Source of the DNA: a virus
Lineage: Duplodnaviria; Caudoviricetes
IMG/VR virus record: IMGVR_UViG_3300014826_000002
Location: 1 to 64,000 of that record
Length of the DNA: 64,000 nt
Reading direction: 5' to 3' (one strand)
Below are positions 25,839 to 37,982 of the stretch, one piece after another (positions within the stretch are counted from its first letter, which is position 1; the number at the start of each line of letters is the position of its first letter). The notes below the pieces were generated by a model. That model was given only the letters and a program-made list of their open reading frames with translations. It ran no database searches and was not told the DNA's origin. The translations under genes and the position numbers were made by a program.

Positions 25839-27598
25839 ATTACCTCTCTTTCAAATCTCCAGTTCCCGCTATTGTACATCCTTAGTATCCCTTTACTCTT
25901 TAAAAAAGAGTTTACGTCTTCACCATTGTACTCAGGAAATATTCTTTTTAATTTATGCTTTTGATATTTTTCACGACTTTCAGTCTTACCTGTATTCTGA
26001 TTATAGTATGACATGATAAGTCCTGTATCTTTGATAAATTTAAAACCATTTTTATAATAGACACTATCCTTATAGTTGGCAGTCCAATCCCTGTTACAAT
26101 AGGTTATTATTTTTTTAATTTCTGGATATTGGGATTTTATACAAGAAATTGCAAATTTTAGCAACTTTGAAAAGCCACCTACAACTGAAATTCCCAATTC
26201 AGACGAGTATCTTGCTATCTCTATTCCGTCCTTATGCTTTCGAAAAGATAAACAGGATACTATTTTACCTTCGTAGAATAACCCTACTGCAAACGAGCAA
26301 TGGACATCACCGCTTATATGTGTCCTATTAAAAAATTCTTTTCGTTCTTTCAAGTTTACTAATTTTGTGGTCGTCTTGCGAGCGTATAGTCTCTCAGACT
26401 TTCCAAGGAGCTGATTCACCCTTGACTTTATAATATCTTGATTTTGACCTTCCCAAAAATGGTACAAGCGCACCCCTTTAGCTAAACACTTTTCAGTTTT
26501 CTCTTGATGATACTTTTTGGGTACAACTGTTTCGTTATGCCAATATCGTCCATTATATTCAATAGCTATTTTCTTTGAAGGTATGTAGAAGTCAAGTTCT
26601 TGGGGAGCTATCAGAGTTCTGTCCCCTTGTATAGCGTCTGTCTCACTGAGTAAAGTACTGATGAAATTTTCTGCTCTTGATTTAGGATAACAATGGGTGC
26701 ATCTTATATTTAAAGGATCATGTAAAGTCCTTTGGAAAGTTCGACCGCACTTCTTATGCTTAAACGTATACTTTAGGTATTTTCCATTTCTTGTATACCC
26801 TTTAAATTCGTCTACTACTAAGTATTCTTCTAAATTTGTTAATAGTTCTTTAAAAGAGGACTCACCATTTTTATTTTTAATAAAATTCCTTTCCTCCTCA
26901 GGAGAGCGTCTACTATAATCAAGTCTCTTAAAAATTCCGTAAATTCTTTTTCTTCCTATTCCAAAAAAGTCTTCTACTTCTTTTATACTGTGTGTTTCAT
27001 AATAAGAAAATAAGTCACTCCAATCACTGTTATATAAGTAGCGGATTCCAAAGTTAGTCTTATATTTTATGTTTGCTTCTAACTTTGGAAGAGATAATCC
27101 TATCTTTTTAAAATTTCTAATAGCTGTCTCTGGGGTTGTCCCATGAGCACGACATGCCTTGTAAAGAGACCGTTCTTTTAAGTATGTGTCATAAACTTCT
27201 TTCCAGCCTTTAACGTCTTTTATAGGGCACTTCTTTTCTCTTTGCATTTCATTTATTTCTTCTTGACTTCTTAATTTGATATTATTTTCAATAAAATATC
27301 GTTTAATAATTAACGGCGACGTGTGAAATTTTATTGCAAGGTCACTCAGAGTCATGCCATTCCCGTAAGAACTTATAATGTTACTTATTTGCTCTTTTGT
27401 AAATTTTTTTCTGGCAAAAGGTCGTGATACTTTTCTTTTTTCATTTTTTATAGCATAGTACCTTTCAGTTTCATGAGGAAATGAAGCCACTAAAAGAGTA
27501 AATAACTTGGTACCTACGTGCTCTTTTTTCAAAGCGTCTTTTAAAGACATGCTTTTAAAATTTTCTATTATCTGTTGGTAAAGTTCCAATTTATCCAT
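25835..27598 (-). mobile_element. Free-standing Vsr/EDxHD-like homing endonuclease with repeated HTH motifs and GNAT-like C-terminal domain
   Basis: ELDFYIPSKKIAIEYNGRYWH...HQEK...LYHFWE; VVGGFSKLL, ITYCNRDW; sits exactly between the two polA parts. Confidence 0.85.
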
Positions 27599-29562
27599 CA
27601 GTTCTCCAATATCTCTATATTGTTTAATTTAATAATCTGTTCTAACGTACAAAATGAAACAATACCTGTTTCCTCTTTAACTTTAAACACAGTATTCTTA
27701 GTACATTGAAGTTTTCTATCATCTTCTAGTTCAAGCTCATAAATATCATGCTCAAAGTTGCCGTTCTCATTGGGAATACCTGCAAATTCTTTTTCACCTT
27801 CAGGAGCTTTCAAGCACCCTCTAATAGTAGGATTGGGGTCTTGTCCTTCTACAATATACTCATCCTCTAAATGACTCAAAGCATAGTCGTCACTTAATGG
27901 AGTAAACTTCCATCCTAAAATACCTTCAGGATCTTCAGACAGGCACTTCTCTGCTCTATAATACCCACTCTTAGGTTTTGTTAAATTTTGTGCATTTAAG
28001 TCAATATAATAGTGATTCTTACTTTTATTCGATTTTGACCCATTTCCAGACGATAATCGTCCCGATTTAGTACCTTTTAACCTATAATGCATTATACACT
28101 CGTCAACTTGAGTCAACTTATCAATGTAAGAATTTAAAGCCTTATTCAAAGAATTATTCTTTTGGATAAGCTCAAGAATGTGTACTTTCTGCATTTCGTC
28201 CAAATAAACTTGTTTTACAGTTAGCCAGAAAAGCTTTTTATCCATAGGTTCGTTATTTTTACCTTTGAAAGTTACTGTGTTCTTAGTTACTTTCATATTA
28301 AAATGGTCCTTTCCATAAAGCTCTAGTAGTACTGCTAAACTGTAGCCGTCACCTGTCTTATAGAGTGTCTGGTTCTGAAAATTTATGTTTTTATAATTTA
28401 TAATGCACTCTTTTAATTTAGTTATATTGCGTTTCATATCTCCTAAAGCTTTCTTACTCCAAGAAGGTTCACCTTTACCAGTAGTGACACCTGTAAATAC
28501 TTTTTTAGACGCCATTGCATCTGCAAATTCTTTAGATCTAGCTAGGTTAAATATACCTATCCCAAAGAAATCATATATTTCCGAAATTACTTTTCTTTGT
28601 TCTTCTTCTAAATTTTTCTTATATTGAATAGCTTTCTTTCTATCAATAAGAATTTTACAATGCCCGTAGTAATCCACGAACATCTTAACCATCTGGTTAT
28701 CTTTAATAAGGACATTATATTCTTCGCCGTCAAACGAAAGAGGCTTCTTAAATTGTTTCAATAAATTCTGCACCATGGGGTACATTTCTTCATAAACCCC
28801 TATCAACCCAGTTACGTCATAGCATGCATAAGCATAGCCTTTTTCTGGATTTACTTCTGCGAAGTTTTCACATTTCTTTCCTAAAACTTCTGAAAATTCT
28901 GGAACGGTTCGTCCAAGAACTCGTTGCTCCAGTGTTTTCAAACCGGCCATACCAGAAGCTTCTGGATCATAGAGGTAAGGTAATATTAAATTATCAAAAG
29001 CTTTAATTTTTCTAACATCATAGCCTTCAAATTTAAGCATGTTTAAGTCGAACTCTGAATTATGCATGAGAACTCTTTTAGCTCCTGTTAATATCTCATA
29101 TAGAACGTCCAGAGCTTCTTTAGGGTCTAGATTATGCTCGTAGTCAGTATAACTAACTGTTACTTTTTTAGTACGAGAAACTCTTCCAGCCTTAGTTAAA
29201 ACTTGATTTCCATTTTCGTCTAATCTATCCACCATTTCCGAGACTTCATGTCTGACTTTATGCCTAATCGGAACGTAGAAACCAAACCATCTATCTAAGG
29301 CTATGGAAAACCCTACTATCTTATCTTGTCCATAGGTTAAACCCGTGGTTTCGGTATCGAACGCAATTCTTTTATCTTTACACTTGTTAATATATGTCTT
29401 AAGCTCATCAATACTTGTTATCAATTTAGCATTATCTGAATGAATTTTTAGTACTTTTTCACCTTGCTCATTTTCTTCCCAATAATGAAACTTCATATCT
29501 AACGGAGCTTGAGGAATTATTGACTCGTACTTAAAAAGTAAACCTTCACCTAATTTAGCCAT
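27598..29562 (-). CDS. polA: Family A DNA polymerase, N-terminal part (3'-5' exonuclease, thumb) with C-terminal IntN-like remnant
   Basis: FDTETTGL, HNSEFD, YACYD, TKSGRLSS, NAQNL, IRGCLKAPEG then YELELEDDRKLQCTKNTVF. Confidence 0.9.
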   Translation of the reverse strand: MAKLGEGLLFKYESIIPQAPLDMKFHYWEENEQGEKVLKIHSDNAKLITSIDELKTYINKCKDKRIAFDTETTGLTYGQDKIVGFSIALDRWFGFYVPIRHKVRHEVSEMVDRLDENGNQVLTKAGRVSRTKKVTVSYTDYEHNLDPKEALDVLYEILTGAKRVLMHNSEFDLNMLKFEGYDVRKIKAFDNLILPYLYDPEASGMAGLKTLEQRVLGRTVPEFSEVLGKKCENFAEVNPEKGYAYACYDVTGLIGVYEEMYPMVQNLLKQFKKPLSFDGEEYNVLIKDNQMVKMFVDYYGHCKILIDRKKAIQYKKNLEEEQRKVISEIYDFFGIGIFNLARSKEFADAMASKKVFTGVTTGKGEPSWSKKALGDMKRNITKLKECIINYKNINFQNQTLYKTGDGYSLAVLLELYGKDHFNMKVTKNTVTFKGKNNEPMDKKLFWLTVKQVYLDEMQKVHILELIQKNNSLNKALNSYIDKLTQVDECIMHYRLKGTKSGRLSSGNGSKSNKSKNHYYIDLNAQNLTKPKSGYYRAEKCLSEDPEGILGWKFTPLSDDYALSHLEDEYIVEGQDPNPTIRGCLKAPEGEKEFAGIPNENGNFEHDIYELELEDDRKLQCTKNTVFKVKEETGIVSFCTLEQIIKLNNIEILEN

Positions 29563-29578
29563 TTCTCTCCCTTTCTTT

Positions 29579-30040
29579 TTAGGCTGTATACAATCTTTCT
29601 ATAAATGTTACTAAGTCGCCCGATTCTATGTATAGGTTATCAATATAATTTTTTCTTTCTTCTAAAGCTGTGGTGGTGAATTCATTTATACGCTTTTGAG
29701 AAAGCTCTAATTGCATCCCTAGTAAACTTTGAGGCATTCGCGCTTTTAGAAAATACAAGGGTGACACGTAGTTTCCGTATTTATTACAAAGTATTAAATC
29801 TACGTAATCATAAGCTGTAAAATTTCTGTGACACTCACCAAAGCAGTGAATTATCCATATGTTCCGTTCGTCATCCCAGTACATCTTTGCTGCTGGAGTA
29901 TCATGATTATCGTGAAAAGGACAATAGATATTTCCTGTGCTACTATCCACTCCTTCAAAGCGCTTTGATAAATCAGCGAAAGTAAAATTATTGTTAATTA
30001 CTTCTCTAATTACTTCTCTACTATAACTCTCTTTTGCCAT
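29579..30040 (-). CDS. Stand-alone CHC2-type primase zinc-binding domain protein
   Basis: CPFHDNHDTPAAKMY...HCFGEC. Confidence 0.75.
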   Translation of the reverse strand: MAKESYSREVIREVINNNFTFADLSKRFEGVDSSTGNIYCPFHDNHDTPAAKMYWDDERNIWIIHCFGECHRNFTAYDYVDLILCNKYGNYVSPLYFLKARMPQSLLGMQLELSQKRINEFTTTALEERKNYIDNLYIESGDLVTFIERLYTA

Positions 30041-30061
30041 GATTAATCACTTTCTGCGAGA

Positions 30062-30091
30062 TGGTATACAGGGGAGCTCCCCTGTATACCA
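30062..30091. terminator. Perfect 30-nt palindrome downstream of groEL
   Basis: TGGTATACAGGGGAGCTCCCCTGTATACCA. Confidence 0.7.
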
Positions 30092-30102
30092 AATGAACTT
30101 CT

Positions 30103-31716
<1,614 letters not shown>

Positions 31717-31914
31717 TTATTCGTCTCCTTCATGTTCTAATACTACGTCAAAATGTATAATAAATAATATTATGTAGCCGACTATGTACATGCACACGTT
31801 CTCTTTCCAAGTGGGTAGAGTAGAATTGCATAAGTACATTGCTGCATTAAATAAGGTCAATAAAATTCCATGAATTATCCCTATTGCTAAAGCATAACAG
31901 TATAAAAAACGCAT
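31717..31914 (-). CDS. Small membrane protein between groES and groEL
   Basis: Two hydrophobic segments. Confidence 0.55.
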   Translation of the reverse strand: MRFLYCYALAIGIIHGILLTLFNAAMYLCNSTLPTWKENVCMYIVGYIILFIIHFDVVLEHEGDE

Positions 31915-31915
31915 A

Positions 31916-32185
31916 CTACTCCTTTACAATTTTGCATAATATATCTTTTGTTCCTATTATTCTATAGTCTTCATCACCGTCAGTATACGATACTCCCGCA
32001 CCTTGATTAAATATTACAGTGTCACCAATTGTAAAGAAGTCATCAACAGAACTACCTAAAGCTTCTACTACGCCTTTGTTTGAGTTCACCTTAGTATCTG
32101 TAGTCATTATTAATCCACTCTTTGTAGTTTCTTCCTGTTGAATTAGACGTATTGCTACACGTTCTCCGAATGGTTCTATTTTCAT
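31916..32185 (-). CDS. groES: Co-chaperonin GroES
   Basis: IEPFGERVAI, TTKSGLIM, GDTVIF, YRIIGTKDIL. Confidence 0.93.
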   Translation of the reverse strand: MKIEPFGERVAIRLIQQEETTKSGLIMTTDTKVNSNKGVVEALGSSVDDFFTIGDTVIFNQGAGVSYTDGDEDYRIIGTKDILCKIVKE

Positions 32186-32207
32186 GTTCTCTCTCCTTTA
32201 TACATAT

Positions 32208-32236
32208 ATAATATCATCACTAATAATTTTTGTCAA
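32208..32236 (-). promoter_or_regulatory. sigma70-type promoter of the groES-groEL unit
   Basis: TTGACA-17-TATTAT. Confidence 0.7.
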
Positions 32237-32250
32237 ATTAATCTTATTTT

Positions 32251-32820
32251 CTATTTTAAAAAATATTCTAAGTTAATTCTTGGAATCTCCAAAAAACTGT
32301 TAGCATTACATGTTACTATAGATGCTCTCTTAGAACATACATCTTCTATAAATCTTTTTGAAAATCTTTTGAGTTTTTCAGAGTACCTAAATTCTTCATT
32401 TGTTGCATAGTGTTTTCCGTTAATAAAGTCTGCCGCACCTACTAGGACAATTGTTTTATAACCTTTATTTATACAGTACGAGATAGCATAATCATGCGTA
32501 AATCCTGTCCATGCTAATTTTCCATCCTTTATAATATCAGTATCTTTATTCCAAAAAGAAAACGAATAAGAATCTATTAATTCCTTATTTTCTTTTTGTA
32601 TCATATCCCCGTAAGCTTTGAGTGATACTGTTTTCACTTCTGGATATCTATTGGTTAAATTTATAAATTTCATATCTTGAAATATATGTATTCCAACTTT
32701 ATATTTTAGAATAGCATTATTTATTCCAATAGACGGAAATCGTTCTACTATGTATTGAATTGTCCCTTCGAGACTCTCCAAAAAAGGAGAGTCTCCTATT
32801 ATAAAAATCGTGTCCTTCAT
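32251..32820 (-). CDS. DUF115/MptE- or sialyltransferase-like Rossmann protein
   Basis: IFIIGDSPFL, SIGINNA, AISY...KTIVLVGAADF. Confidence 0.5.
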   Translation of the reverse strand: MKDTIFIIGDSPFLESLEGTIQYIVERFPSIGINNAILKYKVGIHIFQDMKFINLTNRYPEVKTVSLKAYGDMIQKENKELIDSYSFSFWNKDTDIIKDGKLAWTGFTHDYAISYCINKGYKTIVLVGAADFINGKHYATNEEFRYSEKLKRFSKRFIEDVCSKRASIVTCNANSFLEIPRINLEYFLK

Positions 32821-32825
32821 ATAAA

Positions 32826-33437
32826 TTATATTAAAGCTCTCACATCTTCTTGTTCTATAAATTTTACATTTTTATTATTTTTTACAAAGTGCTCTTCAAT
32901 GTACTTCCTAATTTCGTCGCGCCACTGAATGTTCCCATTATAAAAGGTAGTCCTAATCTCTAAGGGTAATTCCCTGCTTATAATATCATTAATAGAATAT
33001 TCAACATTTGGAATATATTCCTGAGCGCATACGCCAAACTCACTTTGTATATTATGCAATCCCTTGAAGTCTATACTCCAAGCATCGCATAATCCTTCAT
33101 TATTTATCTCTTCAATAGTTTTACTGTCATATCCATTAGAAAATATTTTTGTTTTTAAGCCTAAAGAATGACAATATTTTAAAGCTTCTTTTAGTTCGGA
33201 ACCCCATATTGTAGGCTCTCCTCCCAAGAATACTACACAATCATGTATAGGAGTTATATTTTCTTTGATAATTTCCATTGCTCCTCCTATAATATTGCTT
33301 GTGTCTGTTATTTTCTCATAGTTATAACCCTCGCACATTTTGCAATGAAGATTACAACCAAAAGAAAACAGAGTGAGCCCCCAATTAAAGGGGGAACACT
33401 CCGATGTACTGTCTTTTATATAATTAACAATTTGCAT
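32826..33437 (-). CDS. nrdG: Anaerobic RNR activase (radical SAM)
   Basis: GCNLHCKMC, VFLGGEPT; coupled to nrdD. Confidence 0.88.
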   Translation of the reverse strand: MQIVNYIKDSTSECSPFNWGLTLFSFGCNLHCKMCEGYNYEKITDTSNIIGGAMEIIKENITPIHDCVVFLGGEPTIWGSELKEALKYCHSLGLKTKIFSNGYDSKTIEEINNEGLCDAWSIDFKGLHNIQSEFGVCAQEYIPNVEYSINDIISRELPLEIRTTFYNGNIQWRDEIRKYIEEHFVKNNKNVKFIEQEDVRALI

Positions 33438-35430
33438 ATTCCTTTTCTCCGTTATTTACAGATGCCGCTTTTTCAACTTCATCTGACTCATAGAACACAC
33501 GTCTATCGAATTCATAATCTCTTCGGACTGGATTAAATGCCGACTTAGGAGTAATAAATCCTACAACGCGGCACCATGTTTCAACGATTGGTTCACCACA
33601 TATAGGGCACTTACTATTCTTTCCTATCGTATAGTGTTTCTTTGCACATTCGCTGTAAGCATAGTTTATTCCAAAATACTTAACTTTGCAATCTTTAGCT
33701 AAGTCTATGATTTTTTCATACTGCTCAGGGGTCAATGGTTTCTCTCCATCAACATTACAGTGTAATATATTTCCACCTGAAGTTAATTGGTCAAGCTGCC
33801 CCTGAACTTTAAATCTTTCATAAACGGGGCATTCTTCCATAAGGTCAATGTACTGATTTGAATATATTTTATACTTGTTATTATAGCCTAAAACACGATC
33901 TGATTGTGCCAAACGGACAGCTACTGACTCTGCTGGAATTGCTTCTAAGTTATAAATACAAGATTCGTCAGCTTCCGCCGCTTGCCATTCCTCTATTTTC
34001 GTTTCAATTGTTTTTAAAACTTGGTACAAGCAATCAATACCTTCTTGCGTTTTAATATCTAATCCTTTATTAGCTACGTATTGATTACAAGCAGTAATAC
34101 CAATTGTAGAATACTGTCTATTAATGGAAATCCATTCAGACGTGTAAAGGGGCATAACTCCCCTGGATATTTTCTCCTTAAGGAGTTTTCTATGTGCATA
34201 CAAGATTTTATGAAGCATTTCTATATCTTCTTCAAGTAACGAGGGGTTATCTTTTTCCAATAAAGAAATTCTAGCTAAGTTTAAACCAGCAACACGGTGA
34301 GAGCCTAAACTTAAACCACCTACACCAAATGAATTTTGAAATCCGAGGCCACCTGCTTTCTTAATATTATTCGATAAGCGACAGCAAGAACTATAAATGT
34401 CAGGTTCTCCGATAAATACATTAGAGAATGACTTTTGACAGTTATACTTACTTATCCATTTTTTAAAATCAGGGTCAATATAATTTCCTTCAGGGTCTAA
34501 GGACAGTGAAAGCGTCATTACAGGGAATGTAAACATGCCTTCTTTACCATTAATTTCATTGAAGTACTCAAAGAACAACTTAGATAATTCTTGTGAAGAA
34601 TCCAAGTCAGCTAAGGTACCATCAGGAAGCCAATAGTCTCCAAATAAAGATTTCATATATCCTTTATCCATGACTGACAAATTAGTAAAAGCTGATTGAC
34701 AACTTCTAAATGGGAAATTGAAAGAGTAAATGAGGTTTTGGAATTGGTCTAATATTTTCTTTTTAGCTACATCATCTTCGCCATTTCTTACTCTTTTCAT
34801 ATAGTCTTGACCATGCTCGTTTCGTAAAAACCAGTCCCAAGCAACAAAGCAGTCTGGGTATGAACAAGCTCCCATAATCTGATTTGAAATAAAGGCTGTT
34901 GATTGAATTAACAACGCAACAAAGCTATCGCTTCTTTTAGGAGCATGTATTTTCATGCCGCCATTAAAGAAGCTCATCCCTTCCATTAACAACATTCTTA
35001 GGTCAAAAGCATAACAGTAAGAAGTGCTAAAGTTACTGAAATCGTTTATAAACAATTCACCATTCAAAACTTTCTCTACGGCTATCTTGGCATATTTAAC
35101 TCCCCACACTTTCTTGACCCATTTGAATAATTGGTAGAAAGAATTTAACCTTTGCAAACCTTTTGGATATTCTTGTATATATTGGGCTATAGACTTTTCT
35201 TTGACATTAGCATTAGCATCTACCGAAACAGACGCTACAGAGGCAGACTTTCTAAAAAAGTTTTTACTGAATTTACTAATATCGAAATTGTCATTATGAA
35301 CTCCCTGTATTTTAAATAATTCCTCAGGGTATTTTTCTTGTAATCCTTCCCAAAAATTAACAAATTCGTTAGTGTAATCTAGATGAACATTAAATCCTTT
35401 CCTTTTTTGTGTACTTTGTTCGTTTTCCAT
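33424..35430 (-). CDS. nrdD: Class III anaerobic ribonucleotide reductase, no ATP cone
   Basis: YCYAFDL, TFPVMT, SCCRL, EAIPAES, CPICG, RVVGF glycyl-radical loop. Confidence 0.95.
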   Translation of the reverse strand: MENEQSTQKRKGFNVHLDYTNEFVNFWEGLQEKYPEELFKIQGVHNDNFDISKFSKNFFRKSASVASVSVDANANVKEKSIAQYIQEYPKGLQRLNSFYQLFKWVKKVWGVKYAKIAVEKVLNGELFINDFSNFSTSYCYAFDLRMLLMEGMSFFNGGMKIHAPKRSDSFVALLIQSTAFISNQIMGACSYPDCFVAWDWFLRNEHGQDYMKRVRNGEDDVAKKKILDQFQNLIYSFNFPFRSCQSAFTNLSVMDKGYMKSLFGDYWLPDGTLADLDSSQELSKLFFEYFNEINGKEGMFTFPVMTLSLSLDPEGNYIDPDFKKWISKYNCQKSFSNVFIGEPDIYSSCCRLSNNIKKAGGLGFQNSFGVGGLSLGSHRVAGLNLARISLLEKDNPSLLEEDIEMLHKILYAHRKLLKEKISRGVMPLYTSEWISINRQYSTIGITACNQYVANKGLDIKTQEGIDCLYQVLKTIETKIEEWQAAEADESCIYNLEAIPAESVAVRLAQSDRVLGYNNKYKIYSNQYIDLMEECPVYERFKVQGQLDQLTSGGNILHCNVDGEKPLTPEQYEKIIDLAKDCKVKYFGINYAYSECAKKHYTIGKNSKCPICGEPIVETWCRVVGFITPKSAFNPVRRDYEFDRRVFYESDEVEKAASVNNGEKEYANC

Positions 35431-35607
35431 TGTCTTGTCTTCTTTCTTTTATTATACTGTATACTCATTTTTAGCGTAAAATACTCTATAAAGGCTTTTT
35501 AGTAGCCTTTTTAAAAGGTTCTATAAAGTTCTTTATTCCTTATATAAAAACAATTATTTTTGCAATTTACAAATTATAATTTAAACATTTAATTCCTTAA
35601 TATAGTG

Positions 35608-35865
35608 TTACATGATGTCATATTTCTTAAAAATCTTAATCAATGTGTCTTTTAACTTTGACGCTTCAGCACGATTTACTTCCTTCCTTATTTCTTCCAT
35701 AGGGTACTCTGGTATAATGTCAAGGACTTGATATTCACCAGAGCAGTAAATATAACGCTTATCTCCTATGAGAATTATATCTCCTGTATTCCCGCTATCA
35801 GGAAGTTCCTCTGATTTACCTAAAAAATTATACGAAGGAAATATCATATTCGTAATATCAGTCAT
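35608..35865 (-). CDS. Hypothetical protein
   Basis: 85-aa ORF coupled to the helicase. Confidence 0.55.
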   Translation of the reverse strand: MTDITNMIFPSYNFLGKSEELPDSGNTGDIILIGDKRYIYCSGEYQVLDIIPEYPMEEIRKEVNRAEASKLKDTLIKIFKKYDIM

Positions 35866-37346
35866 TACAAGTCATCCTCAAAATCTAGCAGTTCTTCTTC
35901 AAGTTCGGTATCAACTTCAGAGCCGTTTAGAGTCGGGTACAGTGAATCATCTATAGCCTCAGTAATAGCGTCTTGGGAATAAGGTTTATCGGGGAAATCT
36001 CCCAAAACTTTACTATACCTGAAGTTTACTTGAACTTCTACTGGCCTTGATGGAATCGGTCTATTTCTAAGCTTAACCGGATATATTCTCATCATGTTTC
36101 TAGCTCTAGTTGCTGCATCTGAAAAGGCTACTAAAACACACGTTGCTTTTTCATACAGAGCATTATATTTCTGAACACAAGTAACGTCTATCTTAACAGA
36201 GCTTTCTTTTTGGTTTCCCTTATCGGGGGTCCCTAGCTTCTTCATAGCAGGTCTATTTACTTGAGATAATAGCAGCATTGAAGTACCTATGCCATTGCAG
36301 TATGTCTTAGAAAAGGCGTCTAACGATACAATGTAGTTGTTAATTCTGGTAGTTTCGTCACGTTCACTACTACGTAATGTTTGGAAGTTATCTATATTAT
36401 CTACAACTATTAAATCAGCCGGTCTTCCTCTCTTTTCAGCAATACTTTCTAATGTATTGCATAAGGATTCAAAGGTATTAATAGAAGCGGTTGTCTGGTC
36501 TATTATATTAAGATACCCTCCAGTAGCACTACACTTATCCATAAAATCGTTTATATACTTTTTATAGAGTTCTTTCCCTCTTTCATCAAGGGCTCTTTCT
36601 TTCATATCTGAAGCAGGAATTTCTTCTCCCTTATGACTTTCACTCTCAATAGAGGCTATATTAAAATACATGTGGTTCTTTGGTACCTCAAAGGATAAGT
36701 AATCAACTACTTTACCTTGAATAGCATTGTAGTAAGCTATTGACAGAGCACACGTAGACTTACCGTGACCTGATGGAGCCGCTAGGACTGAAAGTGACTG
36801 ATAGCCCATAACCCCTATAGCCTCATCTAATGCTGGTATATATGTTTGAATACCTTGAAAGTTTTGTTCATATAAATCATAAGCTTCAGTTAGCGATTTT
36901 CTTGTTTCCTTGGGAACTTCCACATTACTATCCGAATACCTGAGCATTTCTTTAGCTAGGGCTCTGACGTCTATAATTGATGGAATATCCCGTTTAACAA
37001 TTAAATGGTTTAACTTTTCCTTTAATATCTCTTGATCCAAGTATTTGTCTAGAGTTTCATATATTAAAGGTGAGTACTCGTCATTTGTTATTTGGATAGG
37101 ACGATTATCCTTAAACACTAGTTTCAACCAAGCGCTGTCAGGAAATTTTTGGTTTTCTCTATAAAAATTATCTACAGCATTAAACAAGTCTAAGTATGTA
37201 GACAAAGTATCATGGTCTTTGAGTTCCTTCCACTTTTCCACTAAGTTTAATACAAATTCTGGTTTTTCATCAAATTTTGGTAAATTATTTAAAACGCACC
37301 ACATACAACGTGATGGGGTTAACTTCTCGTTAAAATTCTGTTCCAT
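35865..37346 (-). CDS. DnaB-like (SF4) replicative helicase
   Basis: AAPSGHGKS, YLSFE, LIVVDNID, LLSQVNR, KLRN. Confidence 0.88.
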   Translation of the reverse strand: MEQNFNEKLTPSRCMWCVLNNLPKFDEKPEFVLNLVEKWKELKDHDTLSTYLDLFNAVDNFYRENQKFPDSAWLKLVFKDNRPIQITNDEYSPLIYETLDKYLDQEILKEKLNHLIVKRDIPSIIDVRALAKEMLRYSDSNVEVPKETRKSLTEAYDLYEQNFQGIQTYIPALDEAIGVMGYQSLSVLAAPSGHGKSTCALSIAYYNAIQGKVVDYLSFEVPKNHMYFNIASIESESHKGEEIPASDMKERALDERGKELYKKYINDFMDKCSATGGYLNIIDQTTASINTFESLCNTLESIAEKRGRPADLIVVDNIDNFQTLRSSERDETTRINNYIVSLDAFSKTYCNGIGTSMLLLSQVNRPAMKKLGTPDKGNQKESSVKIDVTCVQKYNALYEKATCVLVAFSDAATRARNMMRIYPVKLRNRPIPSRPVEVQVNFRYSKVLGDFPDKPYSQDAITEAIDDSLYPTLNGSEVDTELEEELLDFEDDL

Positions 37347-37357
37347 TTATTTCTCTC

Positions 37358-37930
37358 TTAATCAAACACGTTAAAATCTTTACTTATATTTCCTTGCCCG
37401 TTTACTATACCTTTACATATCTCTTCTTTTGTTTTGCTGTTTATTACCCCTGAAAGGTTTACAACTACAAGTTCCCCGGAATTTTCTAACAATGGAGCTC
37501 TTGTTTCACTTAAGATAATCGTAGTTAATCCGTCTCTATTTCTGTCAGCTACTTTATTTAGAGTTGTTTCCATAAGCCAAGTTTCTGAATTTCCTAAACT
37601 CCACATGTGCTTATGGAGGTATAAGAACAGCAGGTCTTGGTCAACGTTTAAACCGTATTCATCTTTAACTCCCGAAGAAAGTTCACGAGCGTACTCATAC
37701 ATAGAGCAGGAAGTATAAAGAGGACGTTTCTTTAAGCATCGTGTTAAGTAAAAGGCTTTAAATTTACTGAGGATTTCTTGATTACCTAACAAAAAATAAG
37801 ACTTTGAAAGGTCAATGTCAACTTTTTGAAATAAGGCAAGTTCTGCTTTGGTTGTTTTCTTTACAAACTCCCAATTCTCTTTTCCTAAATATCTTCTTGT
37901 AAATTTAAAAAGTTCTAAGTCTTTACTCAT
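37358..37930 (-). CDS. Possible degenerate DnaC/IstB-like helicase loader
   Basis: DLLFL...W...NKVADRNRDGLTTIILS resembles the DnaC C-terminal half; no Walker A; directly upstream of the helicase. Confidence 0.45.
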   Translation of the reverse strand: MSKDLELFKFTRRYLGKENWEFVKKTTKAELALFQKVDIDLSKSYFLLGNQEILSKFKAFYLTRCLKKRPLYTSCSMYEYARELSSGVKDEYGLNVDQDLLFLYLHKHMWSLGNSETWLMETTLNKVADRNRDGLTTIILSETRAPLLENSGELVVVNLSGVINSKTKEEICKGIVNGQGNISKDFNVFD

Positions 37931-37953
37931 ATCTTGTTCTCTCTTCTTTATTA

Positions 37954-37982
37954 ATTTTACATTAAAAAATTAATTCTGTCAA
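37954..37982 (-). promoter_or_regulatory. sigma70-type promoter
   Basis: TTGACA-17-TAAAAT. Confidence 0.7.

Noticed and set aside
25835-27598. Group I intron in polA
   Set aside because: The endonuclease ORF overlaps both polA parts at its start and stop, leaving no non-coding sequence for a ribozyme core.
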